DNA of 45,774 bases from Fibrobacteria bacterium. Lineage in GTDB: Bacteria > Fibrobacterota > Chitinivibrionia > Chitinivibrionales > FEN-1185. Shown piece by piece: positions 20,207-28,536 of this stretch. The notes beneath the pieces were generated by a model. That model saw only the letters and a program-made list of their open reading frames with translations, was not told where the DNA came from and made no database searches. Position 1 is the first letter of the stretch, and every line of letters starts with the position of its first letter. A program made the position numbers and the translations under genes. The DNA lies in the NCBI GenBank assembly GCA_037447435.1, contig JBBIGR010000042.1, positions 1-45,774 of the forward strand. The letters run 5' to 3'.

Positions 20207-20538
20207 AAGAAGTCCTGCAATTAAAGATCAGAATGCCTCGCCTTATTCCGTTCGTTTCGGCAGAGATCATATCTACGCGTTTCGAGTATCGTAGATATTT
20301 TCTACCGAGCCGCTCCTACAAGATACTACATATCATGCGTCAACAACAACAAATTCGGATAATAAATACTGTTGCCAACAAGGCCGACAATTGTGTATAC
20401 TGTATAAACCCCAACGATCAGGCATATACCATTATCGACGACAGCTTGACTTGCGCAGTAGCAACCATTGAAACCCTGGGACCCGGCCGGATCCAAAAGA
20501 GGCCATCATAAAACCGTTAATTTATCGGACGGCAGCGC

Positions 20539-21717
20539 TTGACAGAGACAACTTTAAAAAACTTGATCCTTATAACCGATACGTATTGGCCGGCAAACGG
20601 CGGCGTGGAGGCTTGGGTGCATGCTCATTCCGCCCATCTGGCGTCTTGCTACAATGTCAAGGTGCTTGCCCATGCAAACGATTCTTCGCTCAAAGGGATT
20701 TTATCGCGCACCGTATTTTTAAAGGGATTTTCCCCGTATTCGGACGACGCGGGAAACCGAGTCGAATGTTTAAAACCGTCGTTGTTGGGCAGAATAGCTT
20801 TATTGCCTTTCGTGGTCTGGAACATACCTTTGGCAAGAAGCCTTTTCGCAAAACCGTTATTTGATTTCCTTGCCTATTTTTATAAAGCCGCATTCGGCAA
20901 GCAATTATTTCGAATGGTTCAAAATGCCGATATTGTTCATTGTTTTTCCACAAGCCATCTTGCGATCGCGGTTTCTGATGTTTGCAAAAGACAAAACCTC
21001 AAGTTCGTACAATCACCCCCGGTACATTTTCAACGTTGGGGCGACACGCCGAAGCTTCTTTCGTCATATGCACAGGCTAACGCAATCATCTGTCTTTCCC
21101 GATCGTTCAAACGCGAATTCGAATGGAAACGGCCCCAAGACAATACAAAAACACATGTCATACCCGCATTAACGACACATAGCGAAGGAAGTTCGCCGCC
21201 CAAAACTTTACCCTCTCAGCCGTATGTGATGTTTTTAGGTCGTAAAGAAGCACATAAAGGACTGGGGTATTTATGTCAGGCCTTTTATACGATCCGCACC
21301 TATGCATCGTTAGTCATTTGCGGTTCCGGCGAAAAAATGGACCCCATTTGCGAAAACATGTATGACTATGGAGCGATTACCGAACAGGAAAAAGCCTGGC
21401 TTTTGGAACATTGCACCGTGTTTTGCGTACCGTCTCTCGACGAGTCGTTCGGAATCGTTTATGTAGAGGCAATGCGGTACGGCAAACCGATCGTGGCTTT
21501 CGATATTGCCCCGGTCAATGAATTGGTTGAAAATGGCGAAAGCGGATTTTTAATCGATCCTCAGGATGTAAAAAGCTTAAGTAAGGCGCTTTTAAAACTG
21601 ATTGCCGACCGACCGTTATGTAAAGAAATGGGCAAAAAAGGCAAGGAACGATTCGACTCCTTGTTTTCGCCGTCGGTTGTTTTGGAAAAAACAAAACAAA
21701 TTTACGGGTCTTTATGA
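20539..21717 (+). CDS. Glycosyltransferase family 4
   Basis: YWPANGGVE, FLGRKEAHKG, PSLDESFGIVYVEAM. Confidence 0.88.
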   Translation: MTETTLKNLILITDTYWPANGGVEAWVHAHSAHLASCYNVKVLAHANDSSLKGILSRTVFLKGFSPYSDDAGNRVECLKPSLLGRIALLPFVVWNIPLARSLFAKPLFDFLAYFYKAAFGKQLFRMVQNADIVHCFSTSHLAIAVSDVCKRQNLKFVQSPPVHFQRWGDTPKLLSSYAQANAIICLSRSFKREFEWKRPQDNTKTHVIPALTTHSEGSSPPKTLPSQPYVMFLGRKEAHKGLGYLCQAFYTIRTYASLVICGSGEKMDPICENMYDYGAITEQEKAWLLEHCTVFCVPSLDESFGIVYVEAMRYGKPIVAFDIAPVNELVENGESGFLIDPQDVKSLSKALLKLIADRPLCKEMGKKGKERFDSLFSPSVVLEKTKQIYGSL

Positions 21718-23651
21718 ACCAATTGCCTGCCTTTTTCGGTAATTACGCGGACATCTTCTTTTCTTTGAATGATACCTTCCGCATCGAACAATGCATACAA
21801 AAGCAAACAGATTTTCCTATTGCCGTTAACTAAATCGCGGAATCGTGCAACGGTTAGCCCTGCTTGATTTCCGGCTAATTCATCGAGAAGCAGCTTTCTG
21901 GCTTTATCGACTATACCGCAATGCAAATACGCGTTTTCGATACAATAGAGCATTTTTGCCGAAACCATCAGACCGAGCAATTGCTTCAATCGTTTTTCAT
22001 CGATTGAATGTTTTCGTGCAAACAGGACCGCATCAGCATAAATCGGCGTTTGCATGCCGCATCTTTTAAAATATTCTTCCAGTAATTTTCCCTGCTCCGT
22101 ATCCTGTTTCGATACATGCACCGCGTGCGAGTACAGCGAATAGGTATTGGCGATGCGTTTAACGATTTTCATTTGTATTGCGGAGTGTAGGAAAACCCCT
22201 GCAAAATCCCTCGATTCGGCAGAATCGCCGAGGCCTAAAATGCCGAGTAGTTCGTCTTTTGTCCTTCCGGTTTCCAAAAGCGGATGTTTCTTATGGAAAT
22301 CGGAAAGGACTTTCTTCAAGAACGAGTATAACGATTCCAAATGCCCCGTATCGATAAGGAACTTGTTTTTTTCCGACGATAAGACAACGACGCCGGGAGG
22401 CAGGTCTTTCTCAAAAAGCGCATCAATGTCTTGCACGGAAACATTAAGCAGATCCGCCATTGCCGCGTGCGCGATTCCCTTGGTATGCTTGAGCGTTTCG
22501 TTTCTCACAAGCAAACCCAGCTTTCCCGTAGAAAGCATTTGTAAATTCTCGATGAGTTCCTTCGGCCTTCGTTTGTGATGCAGGGGATGGGGATCAATTA
22601 CTTCGCCGCCGCCGATGGTTTCTTCGCCCGACGAATTTCGCAATACGAAAGTATCCTGCATCTGTGAAACGCATTGCAGCGGTAAATGGATTTGGGCGAT
22701 CGCGGTGTCGCCGGGCTTTGCCCGGTCCGATTCAATCAAATGAATTTTGACTTGTGTGTGTAAGGTACCCATGATAAATTCGGCGACGGACCATATCCCG
22801 ATCGGTTTTGCATGTTCAAACAACCGTATCTTGACGTCAATACGATTCGAACTGTGCAGCGGACGATCGGCAATCATCATGCCGCGTTCAAACTCTTCCT
22901 TCGAAATACCGGCAAGATTCAATGAAGCACGATCGCCCGCAACCGCATTGTCGACCGGAACACCGTACCGTTCGATCCGTCGGACCCGCAATTCCTTGTT
23001 CGTCGGCAAAAGATACGCTTTGGCATCGGTGCCGATTCTCCCGCTTTTTACGGATCCGGTTACAACGGTGCCAAAACCGCTCACGCTGAAAATGCGGTCT
23101 ATGTACATACGGAAAACGGTTCCTGCTTTTCGTTCCGAAACGCTTGCAACCGTTTCCTCTATCGTTTTTTTTAACGTGTCAATACCGTATCCGGTGACGC
23201 AAGAAACGTCTACCAGAGGGCTGTGTTCCAGAAATGTGTTTTTTGTAAACTTCGCGATTTCTTCATGCAGACGCTTCAAGCTGTTTGTATCGACCAAATC
23301 CGTCTTTGTGATTACTATGATACCCGATCGCACGCCGAGCACGTCGCAAATGCCGCAATGTTCGCGCGTTTGCTGCATTATCCCGCTGTCTGCGGCTATA
23401 ACCATAAGCACGATATCTATGCCGCTGGCGCCGGCAACCATGGTCTGCACAAAATCCCTATGGCCGGGGACATCGACAATGCCGATATTGTTTCCGGCCG
23501 AAATTTCGTAATGGGCAAAACCCAAATTTATGGTAATACCGCGTCGTTTTTCTTCCTTGTGGGTATCGCAATCGATGCCGGTTAAAACCTTGACAAGCGT
23601 TGTTTTTCCATGGTCAATATGGCCGGCAGTACCAAGAATGAGGTGCTTCAT
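21702..23651 (-). CDS. selB: Selenocysteine-specific elongation factor SelB
   Basis: [46 protein letters not shown], long winged-helix C-terminus; next to selA and selC. Confidence 0.96.
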   Translation of the reverse strand: MKHLILGTAGHIDHGKTTLVKVLTGIDCDTHKEEKRRGITINLGFAHYEISAGNNIGIVDVPGHRDFVQTMVAGASGIDIVLMVIAADSGIMQQTREHCGICDVLGVRSGIIVITKTDLVDTNSLKRLHEEIAKFTKNTFLEHSPLVDVSCVTGYGIDTLKKTIEETVASVSERKAGTVFRMYIDRIFSVSGFGTVVTGSVKSGRIGTDAKAYLLPTNKELRVRRIERYGVPVDNAVAGDRASLNLAGISKEEFERGMMIADRPLHSSNRIDVKIRLFEHAKPIGIWSVAEFIMGTLHTQVKIHLIESDRAKPGDTAIAQIHLPLQCVSQMQDTFVLRNSSGEETIGGGEVIDPHPLHHKRRPKELIENLQMLSTGKLGLLVRNETLKHTKGIAHAAMADLLNVSVQDIDALFEKDLPPGVVVLSSEKNKFLIDTGHLESLYSFLKKVLSDFHKKHPLLETGRTKDELLGILGLGDSAESRDFAGVFLHSAIQMKIVKRIANTYSLYSHAVHVSKQDTEQGKLLEEYFKRCGMQTPIYADAVLFARKHSIDEKRLKQLLGLMVSAKMLYCIENAYLHCGIVDKARKLLLDELAGNQAGLTVARFRDLVNGNRKICLLLYALFDAEGIIQRKEDVRVITEKGRQLVHKDP

Positions 23652-23708
23652 GAAGGTTGAACGTTCGTTTGATTTTTATTAAATAATTTCTTCGTTTTAA
23701 CTTTACAT

Positions 23709-23756
23709 CCCTATCACCCCTCTCCCATTATTGGGAGAGGGGCCGGGGGTGAGGGT
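23709..23756. repeat. GC-rich REP-like palindrome between selA and selB
   Basis: CCCCTCTCCCA-TTAT-TGGGAGAGGGG (11-bp perfect stem, 23717-23742) followed by CCGGGGGTGAGGG. Confidence 0.7.
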
Positions 23757-23772
23757 AAAAAGAGCTTAGGAT

Positions 23773-25197
23773 TTACCTTTTATCGTATGTCTTAATCGCA
23801 TTTACAACGGATTTGCATAATCCGGAAATTTCACTACTATCAACCGACAGCATATCGAGAACGATATCGCCTTCCCTGAGGATGGCAACAACCGGCATAT
23901 CCTGACGCAACAAGGTTTCTAAAAGCGTTTTTGAATCTTTATTTCGCATCGCTCTGTTTTTCGATTTTATGTCAAGCACGATGCCGAAGCTTTGGAGCGA
24001 TATGTTCGGCAAGGTGCCGCCCCCGCATTGCCCCACGGTTTCAATGACTTTGCAAGCGATTCCTTTGCTTGCCAACTCCCGGGCGCACATTTCGGCACGG
24101 ATGCGAATATCGGCACTTTTTTGGGATAGTAGCGCAAAAACGGGGTTATGCTCGCGCAGGGTTTCATCCGTCAAATAACTTCTGCATGCCGAAAGAAGAG
24201 CTGCCATGGTCAATTTCCCGACGCGCAAGGCGCGCATAAGCGGTGATTTTGCCAAACGCGTTATATACTCCGACTTTCCCGCAACGATACCGGCCTGCGG
24301 CCCGCCTAAAAGTTTATCGCCGGAGAACAATACAATGTCCGCTTGTGCAGAAATTGCGCCAAAAACGTCGGGTTCGGTTTCAAGGCCGGGTATTGGCGGT
24401 TTTTTAATAAGGCCGGACCCTATATCGTACACGAATGCGAGATTATGCGTATGGGCGCATCGCGCGCATTGTTCGAGGCTCGCTTCTTCGACGAATCCGG
24501 TTATATTGTAATTCGATTTATGGGCTTTAAAAATAAGAGCCGTCTTATCGGTAATTGCTTTTTCATAATCCTCGATGCGGGTACGGTTTGTCGCACCGAC
24601 CTCAACCATCTTGCATCCCGATAGTGCCATAATTTCGGGGATCCGGAATTCGCCGCCGATTTCAATAAGTTCACCGCGCGAAACAATGACTTCCCGTTTT
24701 TTCGCAAGCGTCGAAAGCGTCAGTATAATGCCCGCGGCATTGTTATTTACCACAAGCGCCTTTTGGGCACCGGTTAAAAAACAAAGCAATTCCGAAATAT
24801 AATCGTTTCTGTTTCCTCTTTTGCCCCTCGCCAGATCCATCTCTATGGTCGAATATCCTTTGACAATATCGGAAATATCCGACAACACAGCATTCCCGAG
24901 CACGGCACGACCCAAATTCGTATGCAAAACAATTCCGGTCGCATTTATGACCCTGGTAAACGAAAGACCGAGAATCGACCGAACGCGTTTCCCGATTTTT
25001 TCATCAAGCACATCAGCATCCAGGTTTTCCAAACCGGTTCCAGCGGTATCTCCGACAGCCCGTAATTCATCGGCAACGGCGCGTGCGGCAAAGGTCACGA
25101 TCGCAGGACCATATGCGTTGCACAGAGATTTTTGTGCAATCCGCTTTAAAAGACTGTCGATGCTTGGTATATTGCGGAAGGTTTTATTCGTATCCAT
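23773..25197 (-). CDS. selA: L-seryl-tRNA(Sec) selenium transferase SelA
   Basis: VINATGIVLHTNLGRA, VVNNNAAG, SRGELIEIGG.FRIP, SGDKLLGGPQAG (PLP Lys), RALR. Confidence 0.97.
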   Translation of the reverse strand: MDTNKTFRNIPSIDSLLKRIAQKSLCNAYGPAIVTFAARAVADELRAVGDTAGTGLENLDADVLDEKIGKRVRSILGLSFTRVINATGIVLHTNLGRAVLGNAVLSDISDIVKGYSTIEMDLARGKRGNRNDYISELLCFLTGAQKALVVNNNAAGIILTLSTLAKKREVIVSRGELIEIGGEFRIPEIMALSGCKMVEVGATNRTRIEDYEKAITDKTALIFKAHKSNYNITGFVEEASLEQCARCAHTHNLAFVYDIGSGLIKKPPIPGLETEPDVFGAISAQADIVLFSGDKLLGGPQAGIVAGKSEYITRLAKSPLMRALRVGKLTMAALLSACRSYLTDETLREHNPVFALLSQKSADIRIRAEMCARELASKGIACKVIETVGQCGGGTLPNISLQSFGIVLDIKSKNRAMRNKDSKTLLETLLRQDMPVVAILREGDIVLDMLSVDSSEISGLCKSVVNAIKTYDKR

Positions 25198-25219
25198 AGT
25201 TTTACCGATTTACTAGTAT

Positions 25220-25311
25220 CAGAGGGAGCAGGAATCGAACCTGCCACAGACGGTGTTATCCGCCCGCCACTGGTTTTGAAGACCAGCCGGAACACCAGTT
25301 CCAACCCCTCT
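25220..25311 (-). tRNA. selC: tRNA-Sec (anticodon UCA), 92 nt, CCA not encoded
   Basis: AGAGGGG TT GGAAC TGGT GTTCC G GCTGGT CTTCAAA ACCAGT G GCGGGCGG ATAACA CCGTCTGT G GCAGG TTCGATT CCTGC TCCCTCT G: 6-bp anticodon stem, 4-nt D loop, long variable arm, G73. Confidence 0.95.
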
Positions 25312-26524
25312 ACAAACAAATTCCTTTCAACAAAGTTTCGATTTTTCTCCTATCGCTTTTCGAAACAAACCGGTGAACGGGAATGGTAACTACCAAATCC
25401 GAACACTGCTTTGCTTTAGGGAAAGCATTTGCTGCAAACCCGGTCACTTGCGGCAATTGATTCAACGGCAACGGGTAGGTTATAGTGATTCCCAAACCCT
25501 GTAAATTACTCAGTTTCAATATCTTTTTACAAAGTTCTTTGCTGTGCATTCGTATGGGAAATCGCAACAAATCCCGAGCTGCCGAATTTGTTTTGGCAAT
25601 ACTATCGATTCCGGGTAATTGATTTTTATTAAAAAAAGACACCCAAAACGAACTATTTTCATATCTTTCTTTCCGTATTTTTTCCAAGGCTTTTACCCAA
25701 TTCCACGACAGTCCTGCCTGAAAAGAACTTAGTTTTCTTATTTTGAAATCTGCTTCGAAATGCGTTTCGCCAAGCCCCAGAAACGGCAGGCTTTTAGGTA
25801 ACCAAAACAACCACGGCCTTGAAAAAATCAAGAGAACCACGGCTTTGAAAATCATCATGCCTATCTCAACTGAATTATGCTTCGGTAATGTTTCAACCAC
25901 GCCATGGACGCCTTGATCAATATCGTTTCTGTTGGTAACAATTATCCCGCCTTCACAGGTCGTATATGCTTTTCCCCGCCCCAAACTGAAAAAACCGACA
26001 TCAGCCTGCAATCCTAAGGGAACCTCATTTTCTTTTCCGCCCATGACCTGCGCAGCATCTTCAACGATAAAAATCGAATCATCGTTGATAAGAGATTTCA
26101 GTTTACTCACATTGGCATGCATGCCGAACAAATGAGTTGCAACAACGCATAATAAACGGTCCTTATTTTTAAGCTCTTTTGTCATCATCATGAAATCAAA
26201 GTCCAAAGTATTAGGGTCAACCTCACACAACCTGACTTTAAAACCTGCCCGTAACACAGCGGATGCGACGCAATAACAATTAAAGGCGGGAATCAAGACC
26301 TCGTTTTTTTCCGGACTCAGTTTATGCAAAGATTTTAAAATGCAATACAAAGCCGTTTTACCCGACGAGACGGTTTCACAATGGGACACGCCAAAAACCT
26401 GTTTCAATTCATTGGTAAACTGCGTCTGGGATTTTTCCCAAGAGAACATACCCGCAACACCGCTGAAAATGTTTCCAAGCGTAAGTGGCGCCAAGGCCGG
26501 GGAAAGTACTCTGCCGATTTTCAT
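25310..26524 (-). CDS. DegT/DnrJ/EryC1/StrS-family PLP enzyme
   Basis: SSGKTAL, EVLIPAF, HLFG, IVEDAAQ, FFSLGRGK..EGG, TIPVH. Confidence 0.88.
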   Translation of the reverse strand: MKIGRVLSPALAPLTLGNIFSGVAGMFSWEKSQTQFTNELKQVFGVSHCETVSSGKTALYCILKSLHKLSPEKNEVLIPAFNCYCVASAVLRAGFKVRLCEVDPNTLDFDFMMMTKELKNKDRLLCVVATHLFGMHANVSKLKSLINDDSIFIVEDAAQVMGGKENEVPLGLQADVGFFSLGRGKAYTTCEGGIIVTNRNDIDQGVHGVVETLPKHNSVEIGMMIFKAVVLLIFSRPWLFWLPKSLPFLGLGETHFEADFKIRKLSSFQAGLSWNWVKALEKIRKERYENSSFWVSFFNKNQLPGIDSIAKTNSAARDLLRFPIRMHSKELCKKILKLSNLQGLGITITYPLPLNQLPQVTGFAANAFPKAKQCSDLVVTIPVHRFVSKSDRRKIETLLKGICL

Positions 26525-27597
26525 AGGGGAATTTGTTTACGGATAATAGGACCCAAAATTTTAGTTACGGCAAGCGGGAGTTTTTGCCACACTTTTATGA
26601 AAAGCTCCTTTTTCATACTGTTTCCTTCAAGCGGATTTGAGATCTTATCGCGGGTGAGGTAATACCAATATAAGGGTTCGGGTCTGGCACCCCACTGTTC
26701 CTTGAAACGATAGGTCCCTTCTTCTTTTGTAGAGCGTCCAAAATCAAATGATTCGTATTTATTGGCTATTGCATATTCCATCATGCTCCAATATAAAAGC
26801 ATGTTGGGAGCGATGGGACGGTATTTTTTATTGAACGAGGCCCATGGATTAACCAAAGATTTTTTCATTCCTGCAACCAGCGAACATGCTATAGGCATAT
26901 TGTCTTTGTAAACGACAAAAATCCGAGCATCTTTGCCGAAATGACCGAGCGTATTGGCCATCATCGATTTATGATGTACCGGCGATCCTAAATCGCGCAT
27001 ATTATGCACAAAAACCTTATAGAAATCGTCGAGCAATTCAATACCGCCGTTTTTTGCGATACAGCCTTCTTTCTGGGGTTTTCTAATTTGGCTGCGAAGC
27101 TTTGGATCAAAACTTTTAAAGAGTTTTTCGGCGGTATCCGGCAAATCCAGTTTCATGCGCACCTTTTCGGCCGACACGTGCAGCCGATCCCGTTGCACTC
27201 CGGACACTGTCGATTGGGTTTGCAAGAAAGGAATCGCAAACGTTTGTCGAAGTTCCAAACAATCGAATTTGTTCGAATGAAGCAGGGAAACGGCTTGTTC
27301 TAAAAGCAATTTCCCCGCTTCCTCATTGTCATATAAAATCCCTCCGTAATCGCAAAACCCCAACGATACGATGTTTTTTCCGAACAAGGCGCCGCTGACA
27401 AAAAACAGAGGCAATATGCCGACTATTGTTCCATGATGACCGTCGAATGCGGCTAAATAAGAGGTTTTATGGCCGTAGGTTTTTTCAATCGCGCTTCGAA
27501 ACGCATAGCAATGATATACGGAAGCGTTGGGGTGTACATTCACATACGCGTCCCAAAGGGATGATTCGTCGGAGGATATTGCTTTAATGGAAATCAT
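26521..27597 (-). CDS. FemAB-related GNAT protein (type found in exopolysaccharide / PEP-CTERM loci)
   Basis: WDAYV..H, GILPL, FCDYGG, KLRSQIRK, NMRDLGSP, PNMLLYW, FDFGRS..GTYRFKEQWGA. Confidence 0.88.
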   Translation of the reverse strand: MISIKAISSDESSLWDAYVNVHPNASVYHCYAFRSAIEKTYGHKTSYLAAFDGHHGTIVGILPLFFVSGALFGKNIVSLGFCDYGGILYDNEEAGKLLLEQAVSLLHSNKFDCLELRQTFAIPFLQTQSTVSGVQRDRLHVSAEKVRMKLDLPDTAEKLFKSFDPKLRSQIRKPQKEGCIAKNGGIELLDDFYKVFVHNMRDLGSPVHHKSMMANTLGHFGKDARIFVVYKDNMPIACSLVAGMKKSLVNPWASFNKKYRPIAPNMLLYWSMMEYAIANKYESFDFGRSTKEEGTYRFKEQWGARPEPLYWYYLTRDKISNPLEGNSMKKELFIKVWQKLPLAVTKILGPIIRKQIPL

Positions 27598-28304
27598 AAT
27601 TGTAACTGTGATTCCTGCCTCAACGCTTCCAATAATTGTACCGGCGTGAGCATGGTAATTTTATGAGGGAAATCGATATGCGGTTCGCAACAAAGCGCAC
27701 ATTTATAATTTGAAGCCACTTCGTACAATTTAAAATGCATTTTCGGTATTTCCCTAAAAACCTCCATTCCTAAATGGCAAGTATCGGGCAATACGCAAAA
27801 ACTTTTTAGGGATAACGATAGGCCTTTTCCAAGTGCCTTTACATAGCTTTCTTTTAACGTCCATAATTCAAAAAAAATCTCCGCCTTTTTCTCTGTCAAC
27901 GTTTTTTCCAAATAATCATATTCTTTTTCATGAAAAAACCGCTTTGCGATATCATTATCGCATATCCTTACTTTTTCTATATCGATTCCTACAGGAGTAT
28001 CGCTAATTGCACATGCAATAAACTCATGTGAATGCGAAACATTAAAATGAATCTTTTCTTCTCCATCGAGGTATGGCTTGCCGAATTCGTCGATTTTGAA
28101 CACGATTTCCGAGGTAGGCACGTGAGCAAATCTCGAAATGCAATATCGTGCGAGAAGTTCGCCGATAACGCTTCGGCACGCATCTTCATGGCGGAGAAAA
28201 CGTTTCGCCCGTTCTTTTCTGGAATCGGATACGAGCGTTAGCATTTCATCGAATTGGCCGGAAAGCAAATTGTTTGAATGAGATGTTAGGACAATTTGGA
28301 TCAT
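27594..28304 (-). CDS. Sfp-type 4'-phosphopantetheinyl transferase
   Basis: FGKPY, FNVSHS, VGIDIE, FFELWTLKESYVKALGKGL; start put at ATG 28304 (ORF open to 28397). Confidence 0.93.
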   Translation of the reverse strand: MIQIVLTSHSNNLLSGQFDEMLTLVSDSRKERAKRFLRHEDACRSVIGELLARYCISRFAHVPTSEIVFKIDEFGKPYLDGEEKIHFNVSHSHEFIACAISDTPVGIDIEKVRICDNDIAKRFFHEKEYDYLEKTLTEKKAEIFFELWTLKESYVKALGKGLSLSLKSFCVLPDTCHLGMEVFREIPKMHFKLYEVASNYKCALCCEPHIDFPHKITMLTPVQLLEALRQESQLQL

Positions 28305-28536
28305 ATACTTTTTATTAAAGACCTTTTGCCATTTTTTTATGAAGGAGCCTGAATAAAAATAAGACAAAAACGTCACTGTACTGTGTAAATGGAACAAGGA
28401 AATACTATTGCTCCACCCTTCATAGGAATGGTATATTTAACATGGTACATTAATATAGTATTTGGATGGAATTCGCTCTTCAGATTTAGTAAACGGTCGA
28501 TTTCGGCGATCTGGAAACCTTTTTATTGGACTTATA

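Noticed and set aside
20233..20511. 92-aa ORF containing CVYC
   Set aside because: No RBS or family resemblance; overlaps the likely divergent promoter and leader region; a short peptide from ATG 20335 cannot be excluded
20207..20538. 6S, SRP RNA or hammerhead in this intergenic region
   Set aside because: No SRP GGAA-loop motif, no CUGANGA core and no long closing stem recognised
22147..23585. Long plus-strand ORFs (143, 254, 120 aa)
   Set aside because: Antisense shadows of selB
25220..25311. selC*-type Cys tRNA or 8/4 allo-tRNA (suggested by A1:U72)
   Set aside because: An 8/4 fold needs a U-C mismatch, the discriminator is G not U, and an intact selA follows
25200..25320. Genomic island integrated at selC
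   Set aside because: No integrase and no duplicate of the tRNA 3' end seen; the cluster lies on the 5' side of the tRNA
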